DNA of 61,932 nucleotides from a bacterium (GTDB lineage: Bacteria > Sysuimicrobiota > Sysuimicrobiia > Sysuimicrobiales > Segetimicrobiaceae). Numbering within the stretch: position 1 is the stretch's first letter; every line of letters begins with the position of its first letter. A program made the translations under genes and the position numbers. The DNA lies in contig DASSXJ010000172.1 in assembly GCA_035703895.1 (NCBI GenBank), forward strand, positions 1 to 61,932. Reading direction: 5' to 3'. Positions 18,349 to 27,305 of the stretch are shown one piece after another. The notes beneath the pieces were generated by a model that saw nothing but the letters and a program-made list of their open reading frames with translations, was not told where the DNA came from and made no database searches.

Positions 18349-19514
18349 TGGCGGTCGAGGAGCTGAGCCGCCCCGAGCCTGTGGAGAGCCGGCGACCAAC
18401 CGTCTGGTATCGTTCCCGGAGGTTCTACTTCGGCGCGCTCGCAGTCCTCGTGGTCTACGGCTATGGGTGGAGGGTCACCCAGATTCGGCTGGGGGAGCTG
18501 TACCGGGGCGCCCATCTCATCGCCCCGTTCGTGACGGCGCTGGCCTCCCCCGATGTGATGATCCGGGATCAGCACGTCCAGAAGGCCGCCTCGCCATTCT
18601 ACTATGGCGGAGAAGCGCCGCCGCCGGCCGCCTCCGGGGGCGGCGCCCGCCTCACGCTGTCGCGGGTCACCGGCGCCATCGGCGATCGCGTCACGGTGAC
18701 CGGCGAGGGGTTCGCGACCAACCGTCAGGGGATCCTGTGGTGGGAGAATCAGATCGGCCAGCGCCAGCAGCTCGGATCGTTCACGACCGATGCGCAGGGG
18801 CGATTCTCGCTCGCGTTCACGGCCCCGGAGGTGCAGGGGACCCATAATACGGTGAGCGCCGAGGTGGTGACCGGGACCGGGCCGCTCCGGCCCAGCCCCA
18901 CGCTGCTCACCGTGCTCGACCGGATGGTCGAGACGATTTTTCTCGCCCTCATGGGGACGACCATGGGCGTGATCTTCGCGGTCCCGTTCTCCTTTCTGGG
19001 GGCGAAGAACCTGACGGTCAATCTGCCGGCGGGCGCGATCGTCTACGGGGCCACGCGCGCCTTCTTCAACATCGCGCGGTCGATCGAGGCGCTGGTGCTG
19101 GCGATCGTCTTCACCGTGTGGGTCGGCTTGGGGCCGTTCGCAGGAGTGCTGGCCCTCGGCGTGCACAGCATCGCCTCACTCGGGAAGCTGTACTCCGAGG
19201 CGATCGAGAGCATCGATGCCGGGCCGATCGAGGCGATCACCGCGACCGGGGCCAGCGCCCTCCAGGTCGTCCGGTATGCGGTCGTGCCGCAGATCGTCCC
19301 GCAGTTCATCGCGTTCACGATTTACCGCTGGGACATCAACGTCCGCTTCAGCACGGTGATCGGGTTCGTGGGCGGAGGCGGGATCGGGTTCGTGCTCCAG
19401 CAGTACATCAACCTTCTACAGTGGCGGCAGGCCGCGACCGCGCTGTGGATGATCGCCATCGTGGTGGCGGTCCTCGACTACGCGAGTGCGGTGGTGCGCG
19501 AACGGATCGTCTGA
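18348..19514 (+). CDS. phnE: Phosphonate ABC transporter permease PhnE with an inserted extracytoplasmic domain
   Basis: The ATG overlaps the phnC TGA. PhnE core: ..RMVETIFLALMGTTMGV.., EAIESIDAGPIEAI, and the C-terminal TM segments. About 120 extra aa lie between TM1 and the core. Confidence 0.87.
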   Translation: MAVEELSRPEPVESRRPTVWYRSRRFYFGALAVLVVYGYGWRVTQIRLGELYRGAHLIAPFVTALASPDVMIRDQHVQKAASPFYYGGEAPPPAASGGGARLTLSRVTGAIGDRVTVTGEGFATNRQGILWWENQIGQRQQLGSFTTDAQGRFSLAFTAPEVQGTHNTVSAEVVTGTGPLRPSPTLLTVLDRMVETIFLALMGTTMGVIFAVPFSFLGAKNLTVNLPAGAIVYGATRAFFNIARSIEALVLAIVFTVWVGLGPFAGVLALGVHSIASLGKLYSEAIESIDAGPIEAITATGASALQVVRYAVVPQIVPQFIAFTIYRWDINVRFSTVIGFVGGGGIGFVLQQYINLLQWRQAATALWMIAIVVAVLDYASAVVRERIV

Positions 19515-20272
19515 GCGACTCTCTCATTCCCGCGCACGCGCTCGACGCCACCGGGCTCGTCCGCGCCGCGTTCACGACCCGCCTCGGCGGCGTCAGCATC
19601 GGCCCGTACCACAGCCTGAACCTCTCCCGCAATGTGGGCGACGACCCCGAGGCGGTGTCCACCAACCGCGGCCGTCTCGCCGCGCTGCTGGGGATGGCGC
19701 CGCGTGCGCTTGTGGAAGCGGAGCAGGTGCACGGCAGCCGCGCCGCGGTGGTCGCCTCGGGTGGCGGCCCGATCCCGGGCATGGACGCGCTCGTCACCAA
19801 CCGGGCCGGCCTCTGGCTTGCGATCTACGCCGCGGACTGCGTACCGGTGCTCCTCGTCGACGCAGAAACACCGGGAGTGGCCGCCGTGCACGCCGGGTGG
19901 CGGGGGACCGCCGCGGGTATCGTCCCCGAGACGATCGCGCGAATGCGTACCGCGTTTGGGACCGACCCCGAACGGTGCACCGCGACGCTGGGCCCGGCGA
20001 TCGGCGGGTGCTGCTACGAAGTGGACCTCCCCGTTGCCCGCGCGATGGAACAGGCGCCCTGGTGGCCGGAAGCCGCCCGCGCAACGGGGACCGAGCGGTG
20101 GCACCTCGATCTCCGGACCGCGATCCGGCGTCAGTTGATCGACGCGGGGGTCCCCGCCGTGCGGATCGCCTCCGTCCCCTTGTGCACCTCGTGCAGGCCC
20201 GACCTCTTCTTTTCGTACCGGCGGGACGGCGTCACCGGCCGCATGGCCGCCTGCATCAGCCTGCTCGGCTAG
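19511..20272 (+). CDS. pgeF: Purine nucleoside phosphorylase / multicopper polyphenol oxidase family protein PgeF (YfiH/YlmD); start uncertain
   Basis: FTTRLGGVS, ADCVPVLLVD, HAGWRGT and GGCCYEV motifs. There is no in-frame ATG, GTG or TTG between the phnE stop and the conserved N-terminus. A CTG at 19511 forms a CTGA overlap; the alternative is a GTG at 19445. Confidence 0.8.
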   Translation: MSDSLIPAHALDATGLVRAAFTTRLGGVSIGPYHSLNLSRNVGDDPEAVSTNRGRLAALLGMAPRALVEAEQVHGSRAAVVASGGGPIPGMDALVTNRAGLWLAIYAADCVPVLLVDAETPGVAAVHAGWRGTAAGIVPETIARMRTAFGTDPERCTATLGPAIGGCCYEVDLPVARAMEQAPWWPEAARATGTERWHLDLRTAIRRQLIDAGVPAVRIASVPLCTSCRPDLFFSYRRDGVTGRMAACISLLG

Positions 20273-20339
20273 GGCAAGGACCTCGTTCCCCCTCCGTCGA
20301 ATAGTTCCCGCCCTTGGCGCTCGCCGTCGAGCAGGCAGG

Positions 20340-21026
20340 ATGCAGATGGGGGATATCGGGGCCAACGTCGCACGGGTGCGCGCCAGGATCGCCGAGGCAG
20401 CCCTGCGCAGCGGGCGGCGGCCCGAGAGCGTGGTCCTGGTGGGGGTGACGAAGACCGTCGGCGTCGACCGCGTTCGCGACCTCGTGGCATGCGGCGTTCG
20501 CGAGTGCGGCGAGAACCGCGTGCAGGAGGCGAGAGAGAAAGTCCCGGAGCTGCCGGACGTCACCTGGCATCTCATCGGGAGCCTGCAACGGAACAAGGTC
20601 AAGGAGGCGCTGCGGCTGTTCCAGGTGATCCACTCCGTCGACTCGGTCGGTCTGGCCGAGGAGCTGAGCCGGCGGAGCGCGGAGCGGGAGGGAGCCGGAC
20701 CGGTGGACGTGCTGATCCAGGTCAACATCTCGCTGGAGCCACAGAAGCACGGGGCGCCCCTCGACGGTGCCGAGCACCTGGTCGCGGGGGTGCTCCGGCT
20801 CCCAGGCGTCCGCGTGCGGGGATTCATGGGAATGGCGCCGCTCGTCTCCAACCCCGAGGAGGCTCGGCCGTACTTCCGCCGCCTCCGCGAGCTGCGCGAC
20901 CGCGTCCGGGACGCGCTGCCGGATGCGGAGGCCGGTGACCTCTCGATGGGGATGACGGACGATTTCGAGGTCGCGATCGAAGAGGGGGCCACGATGGTCC
21001 GCGTGGGCCGAGCCCTGTTCGCCTAA
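20340..21026 (+). CDS. yggS: YggS/YlmE family pyridoxal-phosphate homeostasis protein
   Basis: LVGVTKTV (PLP lysine), HLIGSLQRNK and SMGMTDDFEVAIEEGATMVRVG. Confidence 0.9.
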   Translation: MQMGDIGANVARVRARIAEAALRSGRRPESVVLVGVTKTVGVDRVRDLVACGVRECGENRVQEAREKVPELPDVTWHLIGSLQRNKVKEALRLFQVIHSVDSVGLAEELSRRSAEREGAGPVDVLIQVNISLEPQKHGAPLDGAEHLVAGVLRLPGVRVRGFMGMAPLVSNPEEARPYFRRLRELRDRVRDALPDAEAGDLSMGMTDDFEVAIEEGATMVRVGRALFA

Positions 21027-21094
21027 TACAAGAGACGCCGAACGCATCGTCGCACAATCGCCGCACAAGACGCAGCATCGACGGAGGGACTACG

Positions 21095-21499
21095 ATGGGC
21101 CGGATCATGCAGCGGATGTGGAACTTTCTCGGATTCGAAGAGGATCAGCCGTCCGGAGCGATGTCCCGCGAGCCCGGCGGCGGCCGGGCGCCGGTGTTCA
21201 GCCTGCATACTCAGCGCACGATGGAGATCGTCGTACTCGAGCCGGGGGCGTACGACGAGGCGCAGAGCGCGGCCGACTACCTCAAGACCCACAGGCCGAT
21301 CGTGGTCAACCTCCGGTCCGCGCAGAAGGACCTCGGCCGGCGCGTCGTCGACTTTCTGAGCGGCGTGACCTACGCGCTCGACGGGCACATGCAGCGGGTC
21401 GGGGACGAGATCTTCCTCTTCACGCCCCGCCAAGTGTTCATCACCGCGGAACAGGTGCGAGAAGAGAGCAAGTCCGGGTTGTTGTTCCCAATCGACTGA
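21095..21499 (+). CDS. sepF: Cell division protein SepF
   Basis: N-terminal MWNFLGF amphipathic peptide and a C-terminal core IVVLEP..YDEAQSAADYLK..RPIVVNL. Lies after pgeF-yggS, as in Bacillus ylmD-ylmE-ylmF. Confidence 0.88.
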   Translation: MGRIMQRMWNFLGFEEDQPSGAMSREPGGGRAPVFSLHTQRTMEIVVLEPGAYDEAQSAADYLKTHRPIVVNLRSAQKDLGRRVVDFLSGVTYALDGHMQRVGDEIFLFTPRQVFITAEQVREESKSGLLFPID

Positions 21500-21554
21500 C
21501 GCGTGGCGCACGCCGGCGCGGGACCGCTCCGGCGGAGCGCAAAGGAGCGCACGG

Positions 21555-22631
21555 ATGGAGGTGGACGCTCCCCTCTGGTGGGAAGACGGGGCGCTCTGTC
21601 TGCTCGACCAGACGGGTCTGCCGCACGACGTGCGGACGATCCGCTGCACCTCCTGGGAGGAGGTCGCCGAGGCCATCCGCGCGCTGCGGGTCCGAGGCGC
21701 ACCGGCGATCGGCATCGCCGCCGCGTACGGGTTGGTGCTGGCGGCGCAGGCGCAGGCTCGACATCCCTCGAGGGAGCCGCTCCAGGCGCTGCGGCATGCG
21801 GCGGAAGCCTTGCGGGCGACGCGGCCCACCGCGGTCAACCTCGCCTGGGCGCTCGATCGGATGCTGGCCGTCGCGGGCGGGTCGGGCGATCCGGCCGCAC
21901 TTCCCCACCGGCTGCTTGCGGCCGCGGATGCGCTCGCCCGCGCCGACGTGGAGACGAACCGCCGGATCGGTGAGCACGGGGCCGCGTTGCTGTCCCGCGG
22001 CGATCGCGTCCTCACCTACTGCAACACGGGCATGCTGGCGACGGCCGGATACGGGACGGCGTTCGGCGTGCTCCGGCAGGCGCACGAGCAGGGCCGCGGC
22101 ATCCACGTCATCGTGTGTGAGACCCGCCCGGTCCTTCAGGGCGCCCGGCTCACCGCCTGGGAATTGTTGCGCGCAGGCATCCCGGCCACCCTGATCACCG
22201 ACAACGCCGCCGGCACCCTGATGCGCGCGTCCGGCGTGAACGTGGTGATCGTGGGGGCCGACCGGATCGCCGCCAACGGGGATGTGGCGAACAAGGTCGG
22301 CACCTATTCGCTCGCCGTCCTCGCGCGCGCGCACGAGATCCCGTTTTACGTCGCTGCTCCCCTCAGCACCGTCGATCTCGACACATCCTCGGGAGCCTCG
22401 ATCCCGATCGAGGAGCGCCCCCCCGGAGAGATCGTGTCCGTGGGGGGGGTGCGCGTGGCGCCCGCCGGGATTCACGTACGCAACCCTGCGTTCGACGTCA
22501 CCCCGTCCGACCTCATCACCGCGATCATCACCGAGGCCGGCGTGATCCGCCCGCCGTATGACGCGGGGCTCCGGAATGCGGTCGCCTCCTCCGGCGCCCG
22601 CGCCTCGCGCCCTTCGCAGCCATGCCGTTGA
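21555..22631 (+). CDS. mtnA: S-methyl-5-thioribose-1-phosphate isomerase MtnA (eIF-2B alpha/beta/delta family)
   Basis: LLDQTGLPHDV..., VRGAPAIGIAAAYG, TRP.LQGARLTAWEL and GADRIAANGDVANKVGTY. Confidence 0.88.
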   Translation: MEVDAPLWWEDGALCLLDQTGLPHDVRTIRCTSWEEVAEAIRALRVRGAPAIGIAAAYGLVLAAQAQARHPSREPLQALRHAAEALRATRPTAVNLAWALDRMLAVAGGSGDPAALPHRLLAAADALARADVETNRRIGEHGAALLSRGDRVLTYCNTGMLATAGYGTAFGVLRQAHEQGRGIHVIVCETRPVLQGARLTAWELLRAGIPATLITDNAAGTLMRASGVNVVIVGADRIAANGDVANKVGTYSLAVLARAHEIPFYVAAPLSTVDLDTSSGASIPIEERPPGEIVSVGGVRVAPAGIHVRNPAFDVTPSDLITAIITEAGVIRPPYDAGLRNAVASSGARASRPSQPCR

Positions 22632-22656
22632 CGGTGTAGGGAGGGTGTGCTAAAAT
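22628..22656 (+). promoter_or_regulatory. Near-consensus promoter: TTGACG, 17-nt spacer, TAAAAT, upstream of ileS
   Basis: -35 at 22628-22633 overlaps the mtnA stop. -10 at 22651-22656. Spacer counted as 17 nt. Confidence 0.5.
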
Positions 22657-22685
22657 CGCCGGGAACTAGACGAACAAGAAGGGCG

Positions 22686-22712
22686 CCGCCGCTGAGATGG
22701 GCGGGCTTTTTT
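22686..22712 (+). terminator. Weak GC hairpin plus T6 tract in the ileS leader (either an mtnA terminator or an attenuator)
   Basis: ccgcc (22686-90) pairs with ggcgg (22700-04), followed by gc and tttttt (22707-12). The stem is only about 5 bp. T6 runs are very rare in this window. Confidence 0.3.
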
Positions 22713-22728
22713 GTTCCGGAGGGCCGGG

Positions 22729-25700
22729 ATGCCGTTTCAGCCCGTGGATACCCGCGTGGATTTCCCCGCGCAAGAGCGGGCGCTGCTGGCGTGGTGGCGG
22801 GATCGCGGCATCCTCGCTCAATATCTCGCGCGCAACGCTTCCGCCTCGGCCCGCTGGTCCTTCCTGGACGGACCGATCACCGCCAACAACCCGATGGGCG
22901 TGCATCACGCCTGGGGCCGCACCTACAAGGATCTCTTCTGCCGCTACCACACGATGCTGGGCCACCGTCAGCGATACCAGAACGGGTTTGACGCCCAAGG
23001 GTTGTGGGTAGAGGTCGAGGTCGAGAAGGAGCTCGGATTCAAGAGCAAGCGGGACATCGAGCGCTACGGCGTAGCGGAGTTCGTCGAGCGCTGCAAGGCC
23101 CGGGTGCTCCACTACGCCGGGATCTTGACGCAGCAGTCCCTCCGGCTGGGCTACTGGATGGACTGGGATCACTCGTATTACACGATGTCGGACGAGAACA
23201 ACTACAGCATCTGGATGTTCTTGAAACGATGCTGGGAGCGGGACCTGCTCTACAAGGGACACGACGTGATGCCCTGGTGCCCGCGATGCAGCACCGGCCT
23301 CTCCGAGCACGAGATCGTCACCGAGGGATATCAGGAGGTCACCCACACCAGCCTGACCATCCGGCTGCCGCTCCGGAACCGACCGGGCGCGCTGCTCGTG
23401 TGGACGACGACGCCCTGGACGCTGACGAGCAACGTCGCGGTCGCCGTGAACCCGGACCTCACCTACGTCCGCGTCGATCAGGGGCAGGACACGTACTATC
23501 TCGTCAAGGATCGCCTGGACATGCTGCGCGGCGGGTACCGGGTGCGGGAGGAACTGCCGGGTTCCGCCCTCGTCGGATGGATCTACGGCGGGCCCTACGA
23601 CGACCTTCCGGCCCAGCAGGGGGTCGAGCACCGCGTGATTCCTTGGAAGGACGTCAGCGCGGCGGAAGGGACCGGGCTCGTCCACATCGCGCCCGGATGC
23701 GGCGCGGAGGACTTCGCGCTCAGCAAAGAGCACCACCTCCCCGTCCTCGCGCCGATCGACGAGTTTGGGGTGTTCGCGGAGCCGTACGGGTGGCTCGCGG
23801 GACGGCACGTCTACGAGGTGGCCAAGCCGATTCTGGAGGACCTCGAGCGGCGGGGATTGTTGTACAAGGCCGAAGAGTACACGCACCGATACCCGATGTG
23901 CTGGCGGTGCGGCAGCGAGCTCGTCTTCAGGCTCGTGGACGAATGGTTCATTCGCATGGACCCGTTGCGCGCCCCTCTTGTCGCGGTCACCGAGCGGATT
24001 CGCTGGATTCCCGAGTTCGGCCTCGAGCGGGAGCTCGACTGGCTCCGCAACATGCACGACTGGATGATCAGCAAGAAGCGGTACTGGGGGCTGGCCCTGC
24101 CGATCTGGGAATGCCGCGCGTGCGGCACCTTTGAGGTCATCGGGAGCGAGCGCGAGCTCCGTGCGCGCGCGATCGAAGGGTGGGCCCAGTTCGAAGGGCA
24201 CACGCCGCACCGGCCCTGGGTGGACGCGATTAAGATCCGGTGCACACAGTGCGGCCGGCCTGCGTCCCGGATTCTCGACGTCGGAAACCCATGGCTCGAC
24301 GCCGGGATCGTGCCGTACTCAACGATGGGCTACCGTTTGGATCCCGCGATGTGGCGGGAGTGGTTCCCGGCGGATTTCATCACCGAAGCGTTCCCCGGCC
24401 AGTACCGCAACTGGTTCTACTCGATGCTCGTGATGAGCACGGTGTTGGAGAACCGCGAGCCCTTCCTGGTATGCCTCGGCCACGCGACGGTTCGGGACGA
24501 GCAGGGCCGCGAGATGCACAAGTCCTCGGGGAACATGATCGAGTTCAACGAGGCGGCGGAGAAGATGGGCAGCGACGTCGTGCGGTGGCTCTACGCCGTC
24601 CAGAATCCCGCCCAGAACGTCAACTTCGGCTACGCCCCCGCGGACGACGTCCGCCGCCGGTTCGTCCTCCCGCTCTGGAACGTGTACGCGTTCTTCGTCA
24701 CCTATGCCCATCTCGACGGCTTTACGCCGCGGCCTGCGCGCGATCAAAAGGTCCTGCCCTCCACACACGCCGGCCGGCCGGCGGTGCTGGACCGATGGGC
24801 GCAGGTACTCCTCCACAGGCTGATCCGCACCGTCCGGGAGCGTCTCGACGACTACGACGTCCCGGGGGCCGCGCGCGCGATCGAGCGTTTCGTGGACGAT
24901 CTCTCGTTGTGGTATGTTCGCCGCGGGCGGCGCCGGTACTGGAAGTCCGAACTGGACGCCGACAAGCAGGCCGCCTATCAAACGCTCTACGAGGTGCTGG
25001 TGACGTTGTGCCGGGTGCTGGCCCCGTTCGTCCCGTTTCTCGCCGAGGCGCTGTATCAGAACCTCGTGCGATCGGTCGATCCGCGCGCCCCGGAAAGCGT
25101 GCACCTGTGCGAGATGCCGGTCGCGGACCCAGGCCTGGACGACCCCGCGCTCGTGGAGGATACGGAGCGGATCCGCGAACTGGTGTCGGTCGGCCGCTCC
25201 GCCCGCAACACCGCCAAGATCCGGGTCCGCCAACCGCTCGGGGCCGCCATCATCGTCGACGGGTCCGGGGCGCTCACACGCACCCCCGACCTGGCCGAGC
25301 ACGTCCGCGACGAGTTGAACGTCAAGGCGCTGCGAGTCGTGGACTCCTACCGTGCCCTCGGGAGGTTGGAGGTCCGGCCCCGGTTCGATCTCCTCGGGCC
25401 CAAGTTCGGCGGGCGGATCACCGAGATCGTCGAGGCGCTGCGGGAGCGGGGAGAATCGTTGGTGGACGGAACCCCGGAGCGGGAGCCGTTCCACCTGATG
25501 CTCGAGAACGGGGACGAGGTGGTCTTGGAACGGGCGGAGGTGGAGGTGCGGGTGCAGTGGCGACCCGGGCTCGTCGGCGCGGGGGAGGCCGGCGCGTGGG
25601 TCGCGCTCGAAACGACGCTGACCGACGAGCTCATCCGCGAAGGGATGGCCCGGGAGCTTATCCACCAGATCCAGCAGCTGCGCAAGGAAGCCGGGTTCCA

Positions 25701-25926
25701 GATCGCGGACCGGATCACGCTCTACTATGAGGGAGACTCCGCCCTGGTGGACGTCCTCCACACGCACCGCGACTACGTGCTGCGCGAGGTGCTGGGGCAA
25801 GAGGCCCGGCCTGGGGTCCCCCCGGCCGCGGGCGCGGTGCATCGCAAGGCGCTCCGCATGGACGGTCGGGTGCTGACCGTGGCGATCGCCCAGACCAACC
25901 AAGCGGCGGGGCGGAGTACGCGATGA
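22729..25926 (+). CDS. ileS: Isoleucine--tRNA ligase (long, type-2-like form without a C-terminal zinc finger)
   Basis: HIGH-region PMGVHHAWGRTYKD, CP1 editing domain, KMSKS-like EMHKSSGN. 1065 aa from the ATG at 22729. Confidence 0.95.
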   Translation: MPFQPVDTRVDFPAQERALLAWWRDRGILAQYLARNASASARWSFLDGPITANNPMGVHHAWGRTYKDLFCRYHTMLGHRQRYQNGFDAQGLWVEVEVEKELGFKSKRDIERYGVAEFVERCKARVLHYAGILTQQSLRLGYWMDWDHSYYTMSDENNYSIWMFLKRCWERDLLYKGHDVMPWCPRCSTGLSEHEIVTEGYQEVTHTSLTIRLPLRNRPGALLVWTTTPWTLTSNVAVAVNPDLTYVRVDQGQDTYYLVKDRLDMLRGGYRVREELPGSALVGWIYGGPYDDLPAQQGVEHRVIPWKDVSAAEGTGLVHIAPGCGAEDFALSKEHHLPVLAPIDEFGVFAEPYGWLAGRHVYEVAKPILEDLERRGLLYKAEEYTHRYPMCWRCGSELVFRLVDEWFIRMDPLRAPLVAVTERIRWIPEFGLERELDWLRNMHDWMISKKRYWGLALPIWECRACGTFEVIGSERELRARAIEGWAQFEGHTPHRPWVDAIKIRCTQCGRPASRILDVGNPWLDAGIVPYSTMGYRLDPAMWREWFPADFITEAFPGQYRNWFYSMLVMSTVLENREPFLVCLGHATVRDEQGREMHKSSGNMIEFNEAAEKMGSDVVRWLYAVQNPAQNVNFGYAPADDVRRRFVLPLWNVYAFFVTYAHLDGFTPRPARDQKVLPSTHAGRPAVLDRWAQVLLHRLIRTVRERLDDYDVPGAARAIERFVDDLSLWYVRRGRRRYWKSELDADKQAAYQTLYEVLVTLCRVLAPFVPFLAEALYQNLVRSVDPRAPESVHLCEMPVADPGLDDPALVEDTERIRELVSVGRSARNTAKIRVRQPLGAAIIVDGSGALTRTPDLAEHVRDELNVKALRVVDSYRALGRLEVRPRFDLLGPKFGGRITEIVEALRERGESLVDGTPEREPFHLMLENGDEVVLERAEVEVRVQWRPGLVGAGEAGAWVALETTLTDELIREGMARELIHQIQQLRKEAGFQIADRITLYYEGDSALVDVLHTHRDYVLREVLGQEARPGVPPAAGAVHRKALRMDGRVLTVAIAQTNQAAGRSTR

Positions 25927-26795
25927 CAACTCCGAGTACCGTGCGATCGCGGAAGCGCCGCGCGACGGCCCCGAGACGGCGGGCCGGTGCCCGCCGGGAC
26001 GAAAAGGTGGTGGGCGTCTTGGGAGGCATGGGGCCTCTCGCCACCGCGGATTTTTACGCCAAACTGGTTCGGCTCACGCCCGCGCGCACCGATCAGGATC
26101 ATCTGCGCGTGATCATCGACAGCAACCCCAAGATCCCGGATCGCACCGCGGGGCTCGAGGGCAAGGGTCCCGACCCGACCCCGCACCTCGTGGCGACGGC
26201 GCAGGCGCTCGAGCGTGCCGGAGCGGAGGTCATCGCCATGCCCTGCAACTCCGCGCACGCGTATCTCCCTGCGATCATGCACAGCGTGCGAATCCCCGTG
26301 CTGGATATCATGGAGGAGGTAGCCGCGGCGGCGGCCGCCCTCACCCCGCGACCACGCGCGATCGGCCTGCTCGCCACCCCGGGCACGGTCCGCGCGCGGC
26401 TGTATCATCGTGCGCTCGCCTCGCGCGGCATCGCGGTCGTCGAGCCGACCGCGGTCGAGGAGGAGGACGTACACACCGCCATCAACGCGGTGAAGGCCGG
26501 CGATCTCGGCCCGGCGGCGCGGGCGCGGCTGCATGGCGTGGCCAGAGCGTTGATCCGGCGCGGCGCCGCGGCGATCGTTCTCGGGTGCACCGAGCTGCCG
26601 CTGGTGATGAGCTCCAAGGACGTCTCGGTCGCACTCCTCGATGGGACGGAGATATTGGCTGCTGCCGCACTTCGCGAAGCGCTCCCCCCGGGTCGCCTGA
26701 CCCAGGAATTTTCTCCACTACGCAGGCGTGCTGGCCCGCGGACGTCTTCGCGCAAACACCACGCGGGCGGATCCCTGCCCGCAAGGAGGTTGTAG
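25923..26795 (+). CDS. Aspartate/glutamate racemase family protein
   Basis: ATGA overlap with ileS. VGVLGGMGPLATADFY, and the catalytic Cys motifs MPCNSAH and LGCTELPLV. Basic N- and C-terminal extensions. Confidence 0.8.
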   Translation: MTTPSTVRSRKRRATAPRRRAGARRDEKVVGVLGGMGPLATADFYAKLVRLTPARTDQDHLRVIIDSNPKIPDRTAGLEGKGPDPTPHLVATAQALERAGAEVIAMPCNSAHAYLPAIMHSVRIPVLDIMEEVAAAAAALTPRPRAIGLLATPGTVRARLYHRALASRGIAVVEPTAVEEEDVHTAINAVKAGDLGPAARARLHGVARALIRRGAAAIVLGCTELPLVMSSKDVSVALLDGTEILAAAALREALPPGRLTQEFSPLRRRAGPRTSSRKHHAGGSLPARRL

Positions 26796-27305
26796 ATGCC
26801 AGCCAAGCGATCTCGAAAGACGGCGTCTTCGCGCGGCCGGTCGCGCGCCAGGGCGCGGAGCGCGGGGGTGGGCACGCCCTCCTCCAACGGAACGCGGCGC
26901 CGTGGTCGGACCGGGCCTTCCCGGAGCGCGGTGGGACGGATCGAGGAGTTCAACCGGCTGCTTCTTGTGGAGCGGAAGCGCCTGCGGGACGAGCTTTCGG
27001 AAATGGTAGAGCATCAGCTCAAAACGGAGGAAAAACCGGTGGCCGATGCGGCGAACGAGGACGACCTCGTCGACGTCGCGACCGAGACCTTTGAGCGGGA
27101 GAAGGAGCTCGCGCTGGAGAGCACCGTGCAGGGGATGCTCGAGATGGTGGAGGAGGCGCTCCAGAGGGTTCGCGACGGCACCTACGGGGTCTGCGACGGA
27201 TGCGGCAAGCCGATCGACGGCAACCGCCTGCGGGCCATCCCGTATGCCCGGCTCTGCATCACGTGCAAGGAGCGGGAGGAGCGGCACCGCCCGGTTGCCC
27301 GGTGA
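26796..27305 (+). CDS. TraR/DksA family C4 zinc-finger protein (YlyA-like position)
   Basis: C-terminal CDGCGKPIDGNRLRAIPYARLCITC preceded by a coiled-coil, with an Arg/Ser-rich N-terminus. It sits between ileS and lspA, as ylyA does in B. subtilis. Confidence 0.8.
   Translation: MPAKRSRKTASSRGRSRARARSAGVGTPSSNGTRRRGRTGPSRSAVGRIEEFNRLLLVERKRLRDELSEMVEHQLKTEEKPVADAANEDDLVDVATETFEREKELALESTVQGMLEMVEEALQRVRDGTYGVCDGCGKPIDGNRLRAIPYARLCITCKEREERHRPVAR

Noticed and set aside
22632-22728. T-box riboswitch upstream of ileS
   Set aside because: The whole spacer is 97 nt and the predicted leader about 65 nt. I could not find a specifier loop/stem I or the conserved T-box sequence. It is too short for a canonical T-box, so it is kept only as an unexplained hairpin/U-tract.
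22666-25929. Minus-strand ORFs of 514 and 536 aa opposite ileS
   Set aside because: They are antisense shadows of ileS and have no motifs.
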